Shown here: positions 43,750 to 57,478 of the stretch, piece after piece
Numbering within the stretch: the first letter of the stretch is position 1
Layout: each line of letters starts with the position of its first letter
From: the human T2T-CHM13v2.0 reference genome, Homo sapiens
Reading direction: 5' to 3' (one strand)
DNA: 64,000 bases
NCBI RefSeq assembly: GCF_009914755.1
Contig: NC_060941.1
Program-made: the position numbers and the translations under genes
The notes under the pieces: model-generated
The model's input: the letters and a program-made list of their open reading frames with translations, nothing else
Databases searched by the model: none
Told to the model about the DNA's origin: nothing

Positions 43750-44410
43750 CAGTGTGCCATTTCCTGGGCTAGTGCCTTTCACCCAAGTCTATAATTCTCT
43801 ACTTCATTTGGCGATGGAAAGGCAGATCTCTGCCACTCATATTCCTTCTTTGCAGCTGGTTCCTTAATAGGCTCTGCCAATACAAGTGAACTGGAAGACT
43901 GGAAGATGAAAAGAGACTTGCCTTTTTATACTAGCATCCTGTTGGCTTTTTCTCTGTTTTCTCAGCCTGTCAGCTTCACCCTGGCTTTGCTCCTGCAACC
44001 ATTCCACTGGCAGAAGTTTAATCCAGTTTTCAGTCTTCCAGCACTTACAGATCAGCTTCAATGTGCCTCCTTCTCATTAACTGTCCAGCTCCTCCTCCCA
44101 CAAGGTCTCAGGTCAGTCCCACAATGGCACTGAACTCACTCATCTAAGTTTAGTGGCATCCTTAGCAGCAGAGCAGCAAGCCATCCTCAGAGGTCTCCAG
44201 GTCCCATTCTTCAAGTGTTAAGTGGGAACACATCTAGTGTTCCCCTAGTCACAGAGGTGGCAACTCCTTACTGCTGTTAATACACCCATGATTTCTTAGT
44301 GTTTTCTCTGTGTCCTTTCTGTTCTTCAGCAATTAATATCCAATTCTTTATTTTCTCTGTTTAAATAACATGTGCAATTTCTACTTCTCATCTGGATGCT
44401 GATTGTTATA
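43750..44410 (+). mobile_element. Old ERV-L-class LTR (LTR33/LTR16-like)
   Basis: 3' end TTCTCTGTTTAAATAACATGTGCAATTTCTACTTCTC..CTGATTGTTATA followed by a decayed PBS-like GAGTGATCCCAGAAAACA. Confidence 0.45.
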
Positions 44411-44469
44411 TACATTTATATGAGGAGTGATCCCAGAAAACAAATGACCAAAAATGGTATTTGGAGGTT

Positions 44470-44700
44470 AATAAGATAAATATTTTGGATTAGCGTACTC
44501 AAGTGTGTTGTATGTTGCTCTTTTATCCCACTCCAAAATGTTCCACTGTATAGTACCCATCTTTTTGAGTGGTAGGCAGTAAAATTTCAGAAAACTTTCC
44601 TTTACCTTTGAGGGGATATTTTGATATACTGAGACACTTGGACCTTTAAACTTCAACCAGAATATGAGTCCCTAAAGTTTTGGACTGTTTACCTTCCACT
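44470..44700 (-). pseudogene. Decayed ERV-L reverse-transcriptase fragment
   Basis: Minus-strand KFKGP...NIPSKVKESFL..PTT resembles ERV-L RT VKFLG...DIPSKVKDKLLHLAPPTTKK. Confidence 0.6.
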
Positions 44701-44723
44701 TTCTGATTGTCATATTTTTAAGC

Positions 44724-45141
44724 CGTATTTGTCCATTTGCATTGCTATAAAGAAATACCAGAGGCTGGGTAATTTATAAAGAAAACAGGTTTATTCAGCT
44801 TAGAGTTCTGCAGGCTGTCCATGAAGCATGGCATCAGCATCTGCTTCTCATGAGGCCTCAGGAAGCTTCCAATCATAATGGAAAATGAAGGGGAGCCAGC
44901 ATGTCACATGATGAGCAAGGGAACAAGAGAGAGAGGAAAGAGGTGCTAGGCTCTTCAAAACGACTAGATCTCATGTGAACTCATAGAATGAGAACTCACC
45001 CATTACCACAAGGACAATACCAAGCCATTCAGGAGGGATCCGCCCCCATGACCCAAACACCTCCCACTAATCCCACCTCCAACATTGGAGGTCACATTTC
45101 AACATGAGACTTGGAGGGGACAAAACATCCAAACCATATCA
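44724..45141 (-). mobile_element. MSTB-like MaLR solo LTR
   Basis: TTGCATTGCTATAAAGAAATACC...CAGCATCTGCTTCT...GAGGGATCCGCCCCCATGACCCAAACACCTCCCA...CCAAACCATATCA. Confidence 0.9.
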
Positions 45142-45179
45142 GCATCTCAATTTTTTGGTGTTACAAGTCAAACCAACAT

Positions 45180-47120
45180 AATCAAAATTAAATATTCATT
45201 GGATAGACTCAATGGCAAAATTAAAAAGACAGAGTGAAGAGTCAGTGAACTCAAAGATACATCAATGGAGATCATCCAATCAGAACTAAAATATGGAAAA
45301 ATAACTGAAAAGCATTAATAAAATCTCAAGAGTGTTGAGATAATACTAAAAAGACTCAGATTTCTTCCTAATTGGTACACACATGGAAAATAACTGAAGA
45401 GTCCTGTAGAGGTTTTAGAAACTGAACGAATATTGAAGGATAGGTTATAGCTCATCATGTGAACCCAGCTGATTGTTTGAGCTGATTGTTTGCTAAAACA
45501 ATCCATAGGACTTTTAAAAGATTCAAAATCTACCACAATATTAAAATTTTTAAGGATACAATCCACTATTACTTGACATATAAAGAAGCAGGAAAATCTT
45601 AATAACTTTGAGGAAAATAAACAGATAACATCAATGTTGAAATCATTAGAAAAATAATTTAAAGCAACTATTATAACCTTCCAACTAAGTGGTCAATTTT
45701 GTAATAAGAGCGGTGTGGTGCTGAGAAGAATGTATATTCTGTTGATTTAGGGTGGAGAGTTCTGTAGATGTCTATTAGGTCCGCTTGGTGCAGAGCTGAG
45801 TTCAGTTCCTGGATAGCCTTGTTAACTTTCTGTCTCGTTGATCTGTCTAATGTTGACAGTGGGTGTTAAAGTCTTGCATTATTATTGTGTGGGAGTCTAA
45901 GTCTCTTTCTAGGTCTCTAAGGACTTGCTTTATGAATCTGGGTGCTCCTGTATTGGGTGCATATATATTTAGGATAGTTAGCTCTTCTTGTTGAATTGAT
46001 CCCTTTACCGCTATGTAATGGCCTCTTTGTCTCTTTTGATCTTTGTTGGTTTAAAGTCTGTTTTATCAGAGACTAGGATTGCAACCCCTGCCTTTTTTTG
46101 TTTTCCATTTGCTTGGCAGATCTTCCTCCATCACTTTATTTTGAGCCTATGTGTGTCTCTACACGTGAGATGGGTTTCCTGAATACAGCACACTGATGAG
46201 TCTTGACTCTTTATCCAATTTGCCAGTCTGTGTCTTTTAATTGGAGCATTTAGCCCATTTACATTTAAGGTTAATATTGTTATGTGTGAATTTGATCCTG
46301 TCATTATGATGTTAGCTGGTTATTTTGCTCGTTAGTTGATGCAGTTTCTTTCTAGCCTCGATGGTCTTTACAATTTGGCATGTTTTTGCAGTGGCTGGTA
46401 CCGGTTGTTCCTTTCCACGTTTAGTGCTTCCTTCAGGAGCTCTTTTAGGGCAGGCCTGGTGGTGACAAAATCTCTCAGCATTTGCTTGTCTGTAAAGGAT
46501 TTTATTTCTCTTTCACTTATGAAGCTTAGTATAACCATGCTCCAGGAAGTAGAGAAAATACTCTTAAAACGAATGGAAAGATAGTCTCAGCAAAGACATA
46601 GAGGATATGAAAAATAGAAACATTAGAACCTAAAAACAATCTAAGTTTAAATAACTGAAATGTTAAAATTAATAGCAAAATGGAGTTAATTGTGAAAAGA
46701 GTGAAATACATCAATAAAAATTATCCAGTCTGAGAAACAGAAAGAAAAATATTTGGAAAAAAAAACAGCCTTGGGTACCTGTGAGACAATTCTAAGAGTC
46801 TAATATTTATGACATCAAAGTTTAAAAAAAAAGGAGAAAGAATATAGTACAAAAATAACTAAAGAATTAATGGCTGGTAATTTTGCAAATTTGGTAAAAT
46901 TTGGTAAAATAAAGTTTACAGAATGAAGAAGCTCAGTGAACCCCAAATAAGATGTACTTAAAAAATCTATATGCAGGTAAATCATAACCAAACTGCTGAA
47001 AATCAAAAACAAAGAAAAAAAATTGAAAGTAGCTAAAGGGTGGGTGAGGGGAATGAGATGACAAATCACATATAAGAAAGCAGCTATTTGAGAGACTGCA
47101 GATTTCTCATCAGAAAACAA
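45180..47120 (+). mobile_element. Ancient L1M ORF1 region, interrupted by a younger L1PA fragment
   Basis: TGGATAGACTCAATGGCA...AGTCAGTGAACTCAAAGATA; AAGAAGCTCAGTGAACCCCAA; GCAGATTTCTCATCAGAAA. Confidence 0.75.
45679..46530 (-). mobile_element. Internal L1PA fragment (ORF1 end, inter-ORF, ORF2 endonuclease start), no 3' end
   Basis: Antisense of L1PA ...GAAGCACTAAAC...ATGACAGGATCAAATTCACACATAACAATATTAACC...; no poly-A; TATAACC on both sides. Confidence 0.93.
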
Positions 47121-48837
47121 AAATAAACAGATGAAAGACTAAAGAAAATGTATTTTCATGTTATTTTCTAAAATGATGGATCAATATATATTACAATGAT
47201 GAAGGATAATTTTTTGTGTGTGAGGCAAGGAAAACCAAACAAAAATTCTCTCTGTATTAGAAACCTTAGAGTTTTTACTATTCTTTGAGATCAGCAGTTA
47301 GATGGAATAAATATAGAACATGTGAAACTTTTATGTTTTTCAATCTGATACAAAACCTTCTCTCTCAATGAAATCTGTAGAATTTTATTTTTCTTGCCTA
47401 GAACTGCATGAATATGTACTACACATAATAGTTTAGTATACTGAATGCCTACTAAATTTTTAGTAAGATTTTATCTTTGGTGGCTTTATTGAAGAGGTGC
47501 CACTTCCTATTCTATTAATAGTTTCTAATGAAAAAAGAGTTATGTATGCAGAGATCCACTGAATCACAGAAAGAATGAAGTCCTAATAAACTTGCAATGT
47601 AGATTATATTACTTTTCAATACTCTTAGCATTTACTGTGTTAAAAGTGGCAGTTGACCAAAAAAACTGATTAGAAGATAAGAAATATGAAGTATGAAATT
47701 CATGTATTTTCATATAGCTCAAGAGTGGCATAAGAAAGAGTACTTTGATTTAAAGTAGTCTTACACCTCATAACCACATGACATAAAAATCTCAAACTAA
47801 TGCATTAAGCTGACAAAAGTTTCCTTGGGTATTTTCCTCTAAGGGGATGTAAACCAATCTTCTCTTTAGTGTCCAGATAAAGAAAACTGATATATATATT
47901 TTCTTGTCTGAAGAACAAAACAGAAAGCATTGAAATAATTTCATTGAAAAAGAGTTTTTTTTTAACATTTAAAGAGCGACTGGTCAGTCTTTTTTAAAAA
48001 ATCTGTATCTTTAATTATTTCCTTACAAAAACAAATTGAGAGAGGGCACGAATATTGTGAGGAAACAACAGAGGAAGTAGCATGTTTTTCCAAGTCCCCG
48101 AGCCATGTGGCTGCTGCTGGGTGTCTTTTGTCTCAATGGTTTCCTGAACATGAGTGGAAAACACGACTCTCATAATATTACTTGAGCCTTTTCTCTTCCC
48201 GGTCCTCTTTTAGCTTGGTCATTGGGGGAATCACCAGATGGGAAGAAACCTTTCAAGTCCATTTCTCCTTTCCTATCCCTTCAACACCTTCTCATGTCCA
48301 GTGGGGTTTTCACAGGTTCTAATATTACTGCAATGATTCAGCAAGCCCTTTGAATTATGTGCAGGAAGGGAATAGTATTCTCTTCCTAATTCTTTAAGGA
48401 ATTCACCTTTCCTTTCTAAGAATGCAAAGGACCAAAATATGACTCCTACTGGATTAAATAAAATAATCACTATGGAGTTAAATGCTATATTTTCAAAGTC
48501 TGGGTTGGTAACAATAGAATAGGAGGGAACAAGCAGGTCATCCACTAGTATTGCTTTCTTGAGACAAAACACTAACCTAAAAGTCACTGGTATACAACCA
48601 TAGAAATGTGAAGGAAACTAAAATTAATAGCAGGTATAAACGATACCAACACTGACATTAATAGCACCTGGCATTCAAAATACTCCTCCTTGCTCAACTA
48701 GAATAAATTTTAACTATAAAAAAGAAGCTCCTTGAGTCTTTTTCCATTTATAATCCTTTCTATCATAGGGCCAGAAAGGGGCCAGGTAACAATTATTGTT
48801 AACAAATTCTAGTCTAATAGGTAAAAGTCTCCCATAT

Positions 48838-49200
48838 TATATTAGTCCATTTTTACACTGCTGATGAAAACATACCTGAAACTGGGTAATTTATGAAGTA
48901 AAAGAGGTTTAATGGACTCACAGTTCCACATGGCTGGGGAGGCCTCACAATCATGGCAGAAGGCAAAAGGCACATCTTACATGGCAGCAGACAAGAGGGA
49001 AAATGAGAACCAAGCAAAGGGGTTTCCCTTTATAAAACCATCAGATCTCATGAGACTTACTCACTACCATGAGAACAGTATGGGGGAAACTGCCCCCATG
49101 ATTCAGTTATCTCCCACTGGCTCCTTTCCACAACACATGGAAATTATGGGAGTTACAATTCAAGATGAGATTTGGGTGGGGACACAGCCAAACCATCTCA
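48838..49200 (-). mobile_element. THE1B-like solo LTR
   Basis: TATATTAGTCCATTTTTACACTGCTGATGAAAACATACC ... GGGACACAGCCAAACCATCTCA; TSD CATAT on both sides. Confidence 0.95.
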
Positions 49201-51018
49201 CATATATGTATCATATTGACTATGGGAACTAATTACTCTGCCTTCCTTTACCCCAGACCCTTTCATCTTCTCTTTCCTGATCTCTACCACAAGGTATTAT
49301 ATCAGACAGAATACAGAGCACTCTTTTCTCTTAACTCCTGGCTTCCAGTTGGGTCTAGCCAATGGGAGGTTCTTGTCAGTGTCCAGATATCTTCTCCCTC
49401 ACTCAGGTAACAACAAATCCTTCTGCTGACAGCGTTTCTTTTACTCATTTTGTTCTTAGAGGTTCTACTGACTTATTTTTCATGTTTTATATGACTCCAG
49501 CACTGATCATATTTATCTGACATAAGGTACAATCTGACTCCAGTTGACTTCATGAGTCACTTCAATGGAACTTTGGAACGTGGAAATAAGAAACTTCTTT
49601 ATAAGACATAAAACTGAGGAATTCTTGGTTAACATGTCTACCAGACAGAGAAAGTTAGTCTAGGGAGAAAGATCAACACAGCTAATACTTAGAGATGAAC
49701 AGTGAGTATTTTGACAGTGCTTAAGTACTTCGACCTATTTTTTTTTTTTCTGAGGTGCAACAGCTGAATGCTTCTGTTTATTTTGGCTTGATGGTCAATG
49801 CTTGCTTAGATTATTGAGTTTCCTCAGTACATTTTAAATAAATCTAATAAATTTCTTTTTATGTTAAAACTGTAATTAATTCAAATTCTATCTTCTATAA
49901 TCAATTTGTCGTAATTAATATAATAACAAATGGGCTTGAAAAGTGCACCCTGCTGCAGTGTTCATTTTAGGTTGTAGAAACAATGTAACCAAAGACACTT
50001 TGTAGGGGAATTTTCTTTTTCTGGTCACCAATTTATCCAGTAGGATACTTAAAGTTTATAGAACTCTGGAGTGTAGCTGTTATGATACACTATTTCTGAA
50101 TTTAAAAATTCAATGCCCACGCTATGTTTAAAATGTACATAAGACATGAAAGGTTCCTGGTGTGGTTTTTAAAGTGCTTCTCAGTGTCCAGCCACCCTTA
50201 AGTGCTTTGGGAAACACACTTTTAAATATTTGCTCATCATTGATATAGTTTGTGGACCCAGAAAGAGTGAGAACTGTGTTCAGGAGGTCTTAAAGGAAAA
50301 TAGTACCAATTTCTGAACTTCTAAGACAGCCCTAAGTGAAAAGGCAAGGCATATGCTATGGCCATAATGTGCTGCTGTTGCAATTGCTGAAACCCAGTCA
50401 CAGAAGTCAGGGTCCTCGTCAGTCAAGAGGAGACAGGAACCATCTTTCTAAACATGTGACTCTTCCTCTGCCAGGATAGGTGCTGCCCCATCCTGCCAGT
50501 CATGGGAGTGAGCAACCCAATACTTCCCTCTCTCCGCTATTCATTCTCAAAAGAATGGGAGGTAACAGAAAAGCTAATTTGGGGTTTACCCATATTCTGT
50601 GCCTATGAATATAACCATTTATTTTGTGGAGAAAGAATGTTCATTACTTTCATTGAAAAATAAAGGACTAATTCTTATTCAGCCTAACACACCAATGCAG
50701 TCCCAAAAGAAAAGGAAAGGGAAAATATTTTAAACTGTTCAATTTTTGTTAAGGTACAGTGGAAAGAAAATCTTCCTTCTTCTGCCCATACCATTCTTTC
50801 TGTATTCAGGATATTGTATGTCATAGGAAAATCTACTTCATCCCATTTCACAGTGGCTAGGAAGTATACATTCTTGTTTATCTCTGTGAGGCATATTGAA
50901 GACCTCACCCTATTCAACCCAGAAGAAAGTCATTAAAACTCAGTAAAAGCAGGGACTATCCTTTCTCCTATATGTGGGAAAATTCTTAGCTCATATTACA
51001 GTGCTAAGGATAGAGTAA

Positions 51019-51321
<303 letters not shown>

Positions 51322-51734
51322 AATAAATATTTATTGAATAAACTATTAAAAGGGTAGCTATTATTAATTATGTATTAATATAATATAATTTAAGCACTCT
51401 CCCAAGTCTTCAAGTCTAACAGACAATTTGCTAAGGTGATGGGATGTAATGGTTTGAATGTAAGAAATTTATCGACAGAAATTTTTTTTAATTCAAATGA
51501 AATATAAGAAGCGATTGCCAGAAACAGGAGGGTCAAATAACATGTATTTTAGAGCATATGTTGCAGGTAGGTCCATAATTAGGACTAGACATGCCTGTGA
51601 GATTTAAGCCCCTATGTTGTAATATGTGTTTTTGAATGTGTTTTTCATGCAATAGCATGTGATAAGATATGAATAATACAATGTAAAATTTAATTTTACT
51701 TTATTTTAAATTATATAAGATTATTTGATATATA

Positions 51735-51841
51735 TTATCTGGGTGATGAATACATGAAAGACCCAGACTCCACCTCTGTGCAATATTTCCATGTAATGAA
51801 ATCGCAGTTGTATTCCTTAAATTTAGACAAACTAAAAAAAA
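51735..51841 (+). mobile_element. L1MA 3' terminal fragment
   Basis: TGGGTGATGAATACA...CCCAGACTCCACC...CCATGTAA...A-tail. Confidence 0.7.
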
Positions 51842-51870
51842 GTTTTATAGACAGAAGGAGAAAAGAATAA

Positions 51871-52260
<390 letters not shown>

Positions 52261-55200
52261 CTTCACTTGTATTTTTTAAGGAAATAAAATGGATATATAA
52301 TCCTCAGCAAAACTGCCTAATATCAAATTTATTTTTCTTTCAACAAATAATTTTTCTTGCACAATGCAGCTGTGCTTTGTGCAATTTTCTCTTCAGCTTC
52401 ACTTTTCTCTTCAACTTCACTAAAATAAAACATCTGTGTTTCACATTCAGAGAGGTGTTTTTGTTTTTTCTCCCTATTCTCTCCCATTTCTCTCCTTATT
52501 CTCTATCACAGAAGCCCTGAACTTTCTCGAGAGCAAATAGTCATTCAAGGCAGAGTCCTCTGTAGTCAGAAAAGGGGAAAGGAAAATCAAGGAACTCTCA
52601 AAAGCTGATACATTTTATCCTGTAACAGCAACAATAAAAGAAGAACCAAGTAAGAAGGCAATAAGCCTCTATGACAGAATTATTTTGTATAGTTATTATT
52701 TTTAACCCTATAAATTGCCATTTTAGTTAATTAAAAATGATTGAACATTAGTTCTTTTGTATGATGCAGCCTAATATAACAAGTTACATGAAATAAAAAA
52801 CTATTCACATCTTTGGTCTTCTACAGTAAAAGAAGAAAAAAGGTAGGCAAAATAAGCATCAAATAATCCAATCATTTGTGTTACCTCTATTCTGATTCTT
52901 GTATGTGCTACCGTTTGCCATCACAAGAAATGCGGAGGCAGTTATCTCCACTATTAAATTTCTTATAACCCAAACCTTCCGGTATCTCTCCATGTCAGGT
53001 AGACACCTCTCCTGTTGCCTGTCCTATCAGGTCCACAATAAATATCTTGCTAATTCTGCAAACCCACAGGGGTCCCCAACCAACACCCAAACTGATCTAC
53101 CTACTCTAAACGATAATCCTACTTCTAATATTTTCTACTACATTTCTAAAACTTTTATTTGTATTATTCCCTACATTTTAATCATTTTTGAAAAGAAAAA
53201 AAAGTGTATGTTTTGCTAAGTCAAATAGTTGATCAATTTCTGTTTTGTTTTTATGTAAGTTATTCCATGCCAAAAAACTATGATATTATTTTAATGCCAG
53301 TGTATAATGTCAATGCCTAAGATCAGAAATTAAACAAATTGATGTTGTGAACTTTATCAGCTGGAATAAAACAGGTTGATTGTAATTTGCAGCTTAAAAT
53401 TGGTTAATAATAGCAACTGAAGCCCTTGGAAACGTGTATAAAACTCCTTTCACACGTGCCTAATAATTCTAGTGAGATTATTCCACAGGGGGAAAAATTA
53501 CCTTCATCATTGGGCTTGCAAAAAAACAAACAGAAGTGGATTAATGTAATTGCTTAATCAACAACATTCAGCCAAAAGTCTCCAAGAGTGTAGAATTAAT
53601 CATCTTATTGTAAGATTCATTAAAATGTAATGGGTAGAGTGAGAACACTGCACAGCTGGCAGTAATTTTGTTTCATTAAAAATAAAAATAAATACACCTT
53701 GAAAAACACTATTTTGACAATATTTTGCTCCATACCTTGTCTTAAAAACAAGTATTTTTTTTCACTCATGTACTGCAGAGCACCAGTTACCTGAAATCTG
53801 TGAACTACAAAAGTCACAGGCAGCATGATCTTTTTCAGTAACACTCCTTATCCCAAAAGAACTTCTTTCCCCTGGTTAATGGTCAGTATAAGTGTAATTT
53901 TTTTATTATTCTTGACTCTACAAAGATTACATTTTCAATACACTATTTTAGAGTTTTTGGAACCTAAAATCTAGTTAGCAATTTATGAAATAAAAGTTTA
54001 AAAATTGCATGTAAAACTTATTTTTAAATATAATTAAATAGATTAAAGAATATCAATCACTGGGGAAAAACAGAAGGAAAGTAGCAATAGTCGAAGGGGG
54101 TCAATTATTATATCCTTTGACATTTAAGAAAGCATTATTACATTACCATTAACTCTAGCTTCCTGAAGACGATCAAGTATGAAATCATTTCTTTTGGAAT
54201 GTCTGCTGGCATTTCCAAAGATTCATCATTGTTTTGGGGTATACTGGACAGTTTTGATTCAACTTTAAATCGACAAAGACATTTGGCTGTTCCAACAGAT
54301 TGTTTAAAGGGATGCTTCTGTTTTATTCTTTCTTTATGGTACATGTGCATGGTCAATGGCCACTGAGTTTAAGGATCCTTGAACTTTGCCAGTCATTAGA
54401 TCAATCCCTTTGAGGACATCTTTAGACCCTAATATGTTACTGACTTTTGTTATCCACATATGATGTTAGGGGTAATAATACTAACAACAGCAATAATTAC
54501 TAAATTTAGTAAATATGTACACGTAAGACACTAAACTAAGAACATTTTCCTTTACCCCTATTTTCTTCCCATTTGCAACCTTTAAAAAATTTCCTCTTTT
54601 GTTCATAATAATTTATCTCATGCTCTGAGTTTATGTACCCTACCCAGCAAGAATAAGCTTAGAATGTAGCCCAGGACCATCTTTTTTTCCTCAAAAATTT
54701 CCCATGAGCATTTCTCCCACCCTTGCCAAGTGATGTAGCAAATATTTTTCCAACATTAAAGAAAAAAAAATATTCTCCTGCAAAGGAATATTTTTCCATA
54801 TTGTTACATTACTAATGATTCTAGAAGGTTAATGTGAATTGTTACTGCAACAGTCTCCAGCTCTCATTAGAATCACCTGATAAACATTGAAAATCCTGGG
54901 ACCCCACTCGGACACAGTGCTTCAGCGTCTCCAAGGATAGACAAAAAACGCTGAATGTGTTTTATCTGTTTCAGGGGATCCTTGGAAGGAGCCAAGTATG
55001 GGAACCAGTAATGTAGGCACATAGCTTTATTTCCCAGTATTTTACCAAAATATTTTGGCAAGATACCAGAATTTGGCCATATTGAGGAGATATTGATGAT
55101 CTGTCTCTTAGTCAATCATACAGTGTCATTTGATTATCTTCTGTTTCATCTTAATTCTTTGAAAACAAATACTGTATTTGTAAATACAAATTGGGCGCTT

Positions 55201-57478
55201 AACAAAAACCAGGAATAAATATTATAAGACGAGTTCGATCAATAATTTACTCACCAAATATGTGTGTGTTGGTTGAAATGGAATCAGGTTGAGGCTTTCA
55301 GGATATGTTTGTTAAATTGATATTTACTTGCATTCTGATGAAGTAAAATTTGTAAAGGGTTTATTTTTTATTATTTTCATTTTTAGTATACATGAGCTGA
55401 CGTACACTAAGATCTTAAGTTTATGCTGTTCATGATGTGTTTCTGTTTGTGTGTGTGAAGACGCTGTGTTATTGAAGGCTACTGTCTACAGCAAGCAGGA
55501 TACTAATAATTCCGTATTATTAACATGTTCATATTAAGACTGAATTGTTGGTAATATCTTTCATATATCTAGCACTTTGTGGTTTATAAAATATTTTCAT
55601 GTAGATATTTCTTTAATTGCAATGTGTACCTTTTATTCACATTTTAATATTTTTTAAAGAATGAGATTAATTTTAAAATCAATATGTTTACTTAATGTGC
55701 AAAAAGGTGTTATTTCTTCAAAAACTTTCTGTGAGCCTTATAATCCATGACATCTCGAAATGAAGTGTATGTGGTATTATTCTACTTGTTTCAAGACTAT
55801 CGAATTAGTAGGGCTTCTGTTTTCCTCAATGAAGCAACAAGGAAATTACAGCACAATTAGAATTTAAGTATTTAAACTTGAGGTTGCTTCCCAGTGGATT
55901 GTACGGCTGCTGAGGTTATTACATGCCAAAATGTATACTTATTTTAGCAAGGAAAAAGTATTCAGCCTGTCTCTGAACACAGAAATACAGACAGACAAGG
56001 AACACAGTGGTGCACAGTATGAATTTCTCTAGTAAGCGTTTCCAAGAGGAAATATGATATGTTTAGTTTCAACTATCCTTTATACAAGTTGAATCATTGG
56101 TAAACATTGCTTATTAGACATGTGGCCCAGGCAAGTATCCTTTATACCAACTAGATCATGTGATAAGTATTGCTCATGAGATATGTGGCCCAGGCAAAGC
56201 AGACTCCATTCTTTCCATTTCTTTGTTTGCCGAAGAACGCTAACTACCTAATACCCCATGGTAATCTCTGGCCTGTGAAACATGCCAAACTCTGCCTGTT
56301 TCTCTCAACCTGGTGGTGACAGCTTCCAGCTGGTCACCTGATCAATCATACCTGTCATTGGCCTCCGTGTCTAGAGCGCGATTGCTTTTGTTTGTTTGTT
56401 TTCTTAGTTTGCTTCACTGCTTTACTGGCAGGCTTTCTTGCTTGTCCATTAAAAGCCAAATGTGAAAGTCGCAAACCACACCATCTGGGAGAAAGGAAAA
56501 AGGCCTGGCACATCTCACTGGTCTTGATTCTATCAAAGCTCCTAGAGGCTGCAGGTATTTTCCTCACTGCGATGTTTTGGCTGCAGTTGGTAGCGATGAA
56601 GGAAGAAAGGAGGGTTTTGTTGTTGTTCTGTTTGGTTTTCTTTTGTTTTTCAGTTCTCTTTATAACTTTAGCATGAATTGGAGAACAGGAGAAAATAGAG
56701 GATATATTTGAGAAGGTCCCCCTCTAAGAAAATCTTCTTCTACTTGGCCATGCAAATGAAACCTTGAATCCTTACAGACAAGTGACTCTTAAAAAGGCTT
56801 TTTTAGAAAGTAAAAGGCCTTTTTAGGCTCCTGGAAGGAAAGTATTACAGTTTATATTTATTTATTCATCAATCTACGGGAGATGTGACATAAAGCACTC
56901 CTCCGTTTAGCCTTTTTTTTTTTTTTCAGTTTCAAAATGTGAAGTTTAATGGCAAGCAGGATCTACAATAGCTTATCAGTCAGTACTCAGGGTGAATGTA
57001 ATATATAAACACAGCCATCTCCCTCAAGCATAGAATTTTACATCTTTAGATCATCTTTCGTAAGGAATTCTAAAAAAGTCATTCACAGATAAACCTTTTT
57101 TTGAATGTTTCTCTTTCTATCCTCACCTGTTTGTACATCAAACCAAGTTACCAGCTAAGAGTTGTTTCATTTTTCCAGTGCTACTACAACAGGCTAGGTG
57201 ATTTCATTTCTATTTCTGCAGAAACAAAGAAGAAAGGTCAGTCAGTGTTCCTGTAGTGTCTGTTACCTTTTTTGAAGACTGAAAAAGACATGTCATGTGA
57301 GTGGGAAATAAGGACATTTTGAAACAGTGTTTAGTTAGTTACACAAGTCTAGGAATGGTGCAGAGTAGATACAAAGGCAAGGACCAAGTCCCTAAGGAAT
57401 CATCCCGGATGAGCAGTATTCCTATATATATGTAAATGCAATCCTGAAAACAGTGTTTTAAAGAAGTGGGAGGGACTC

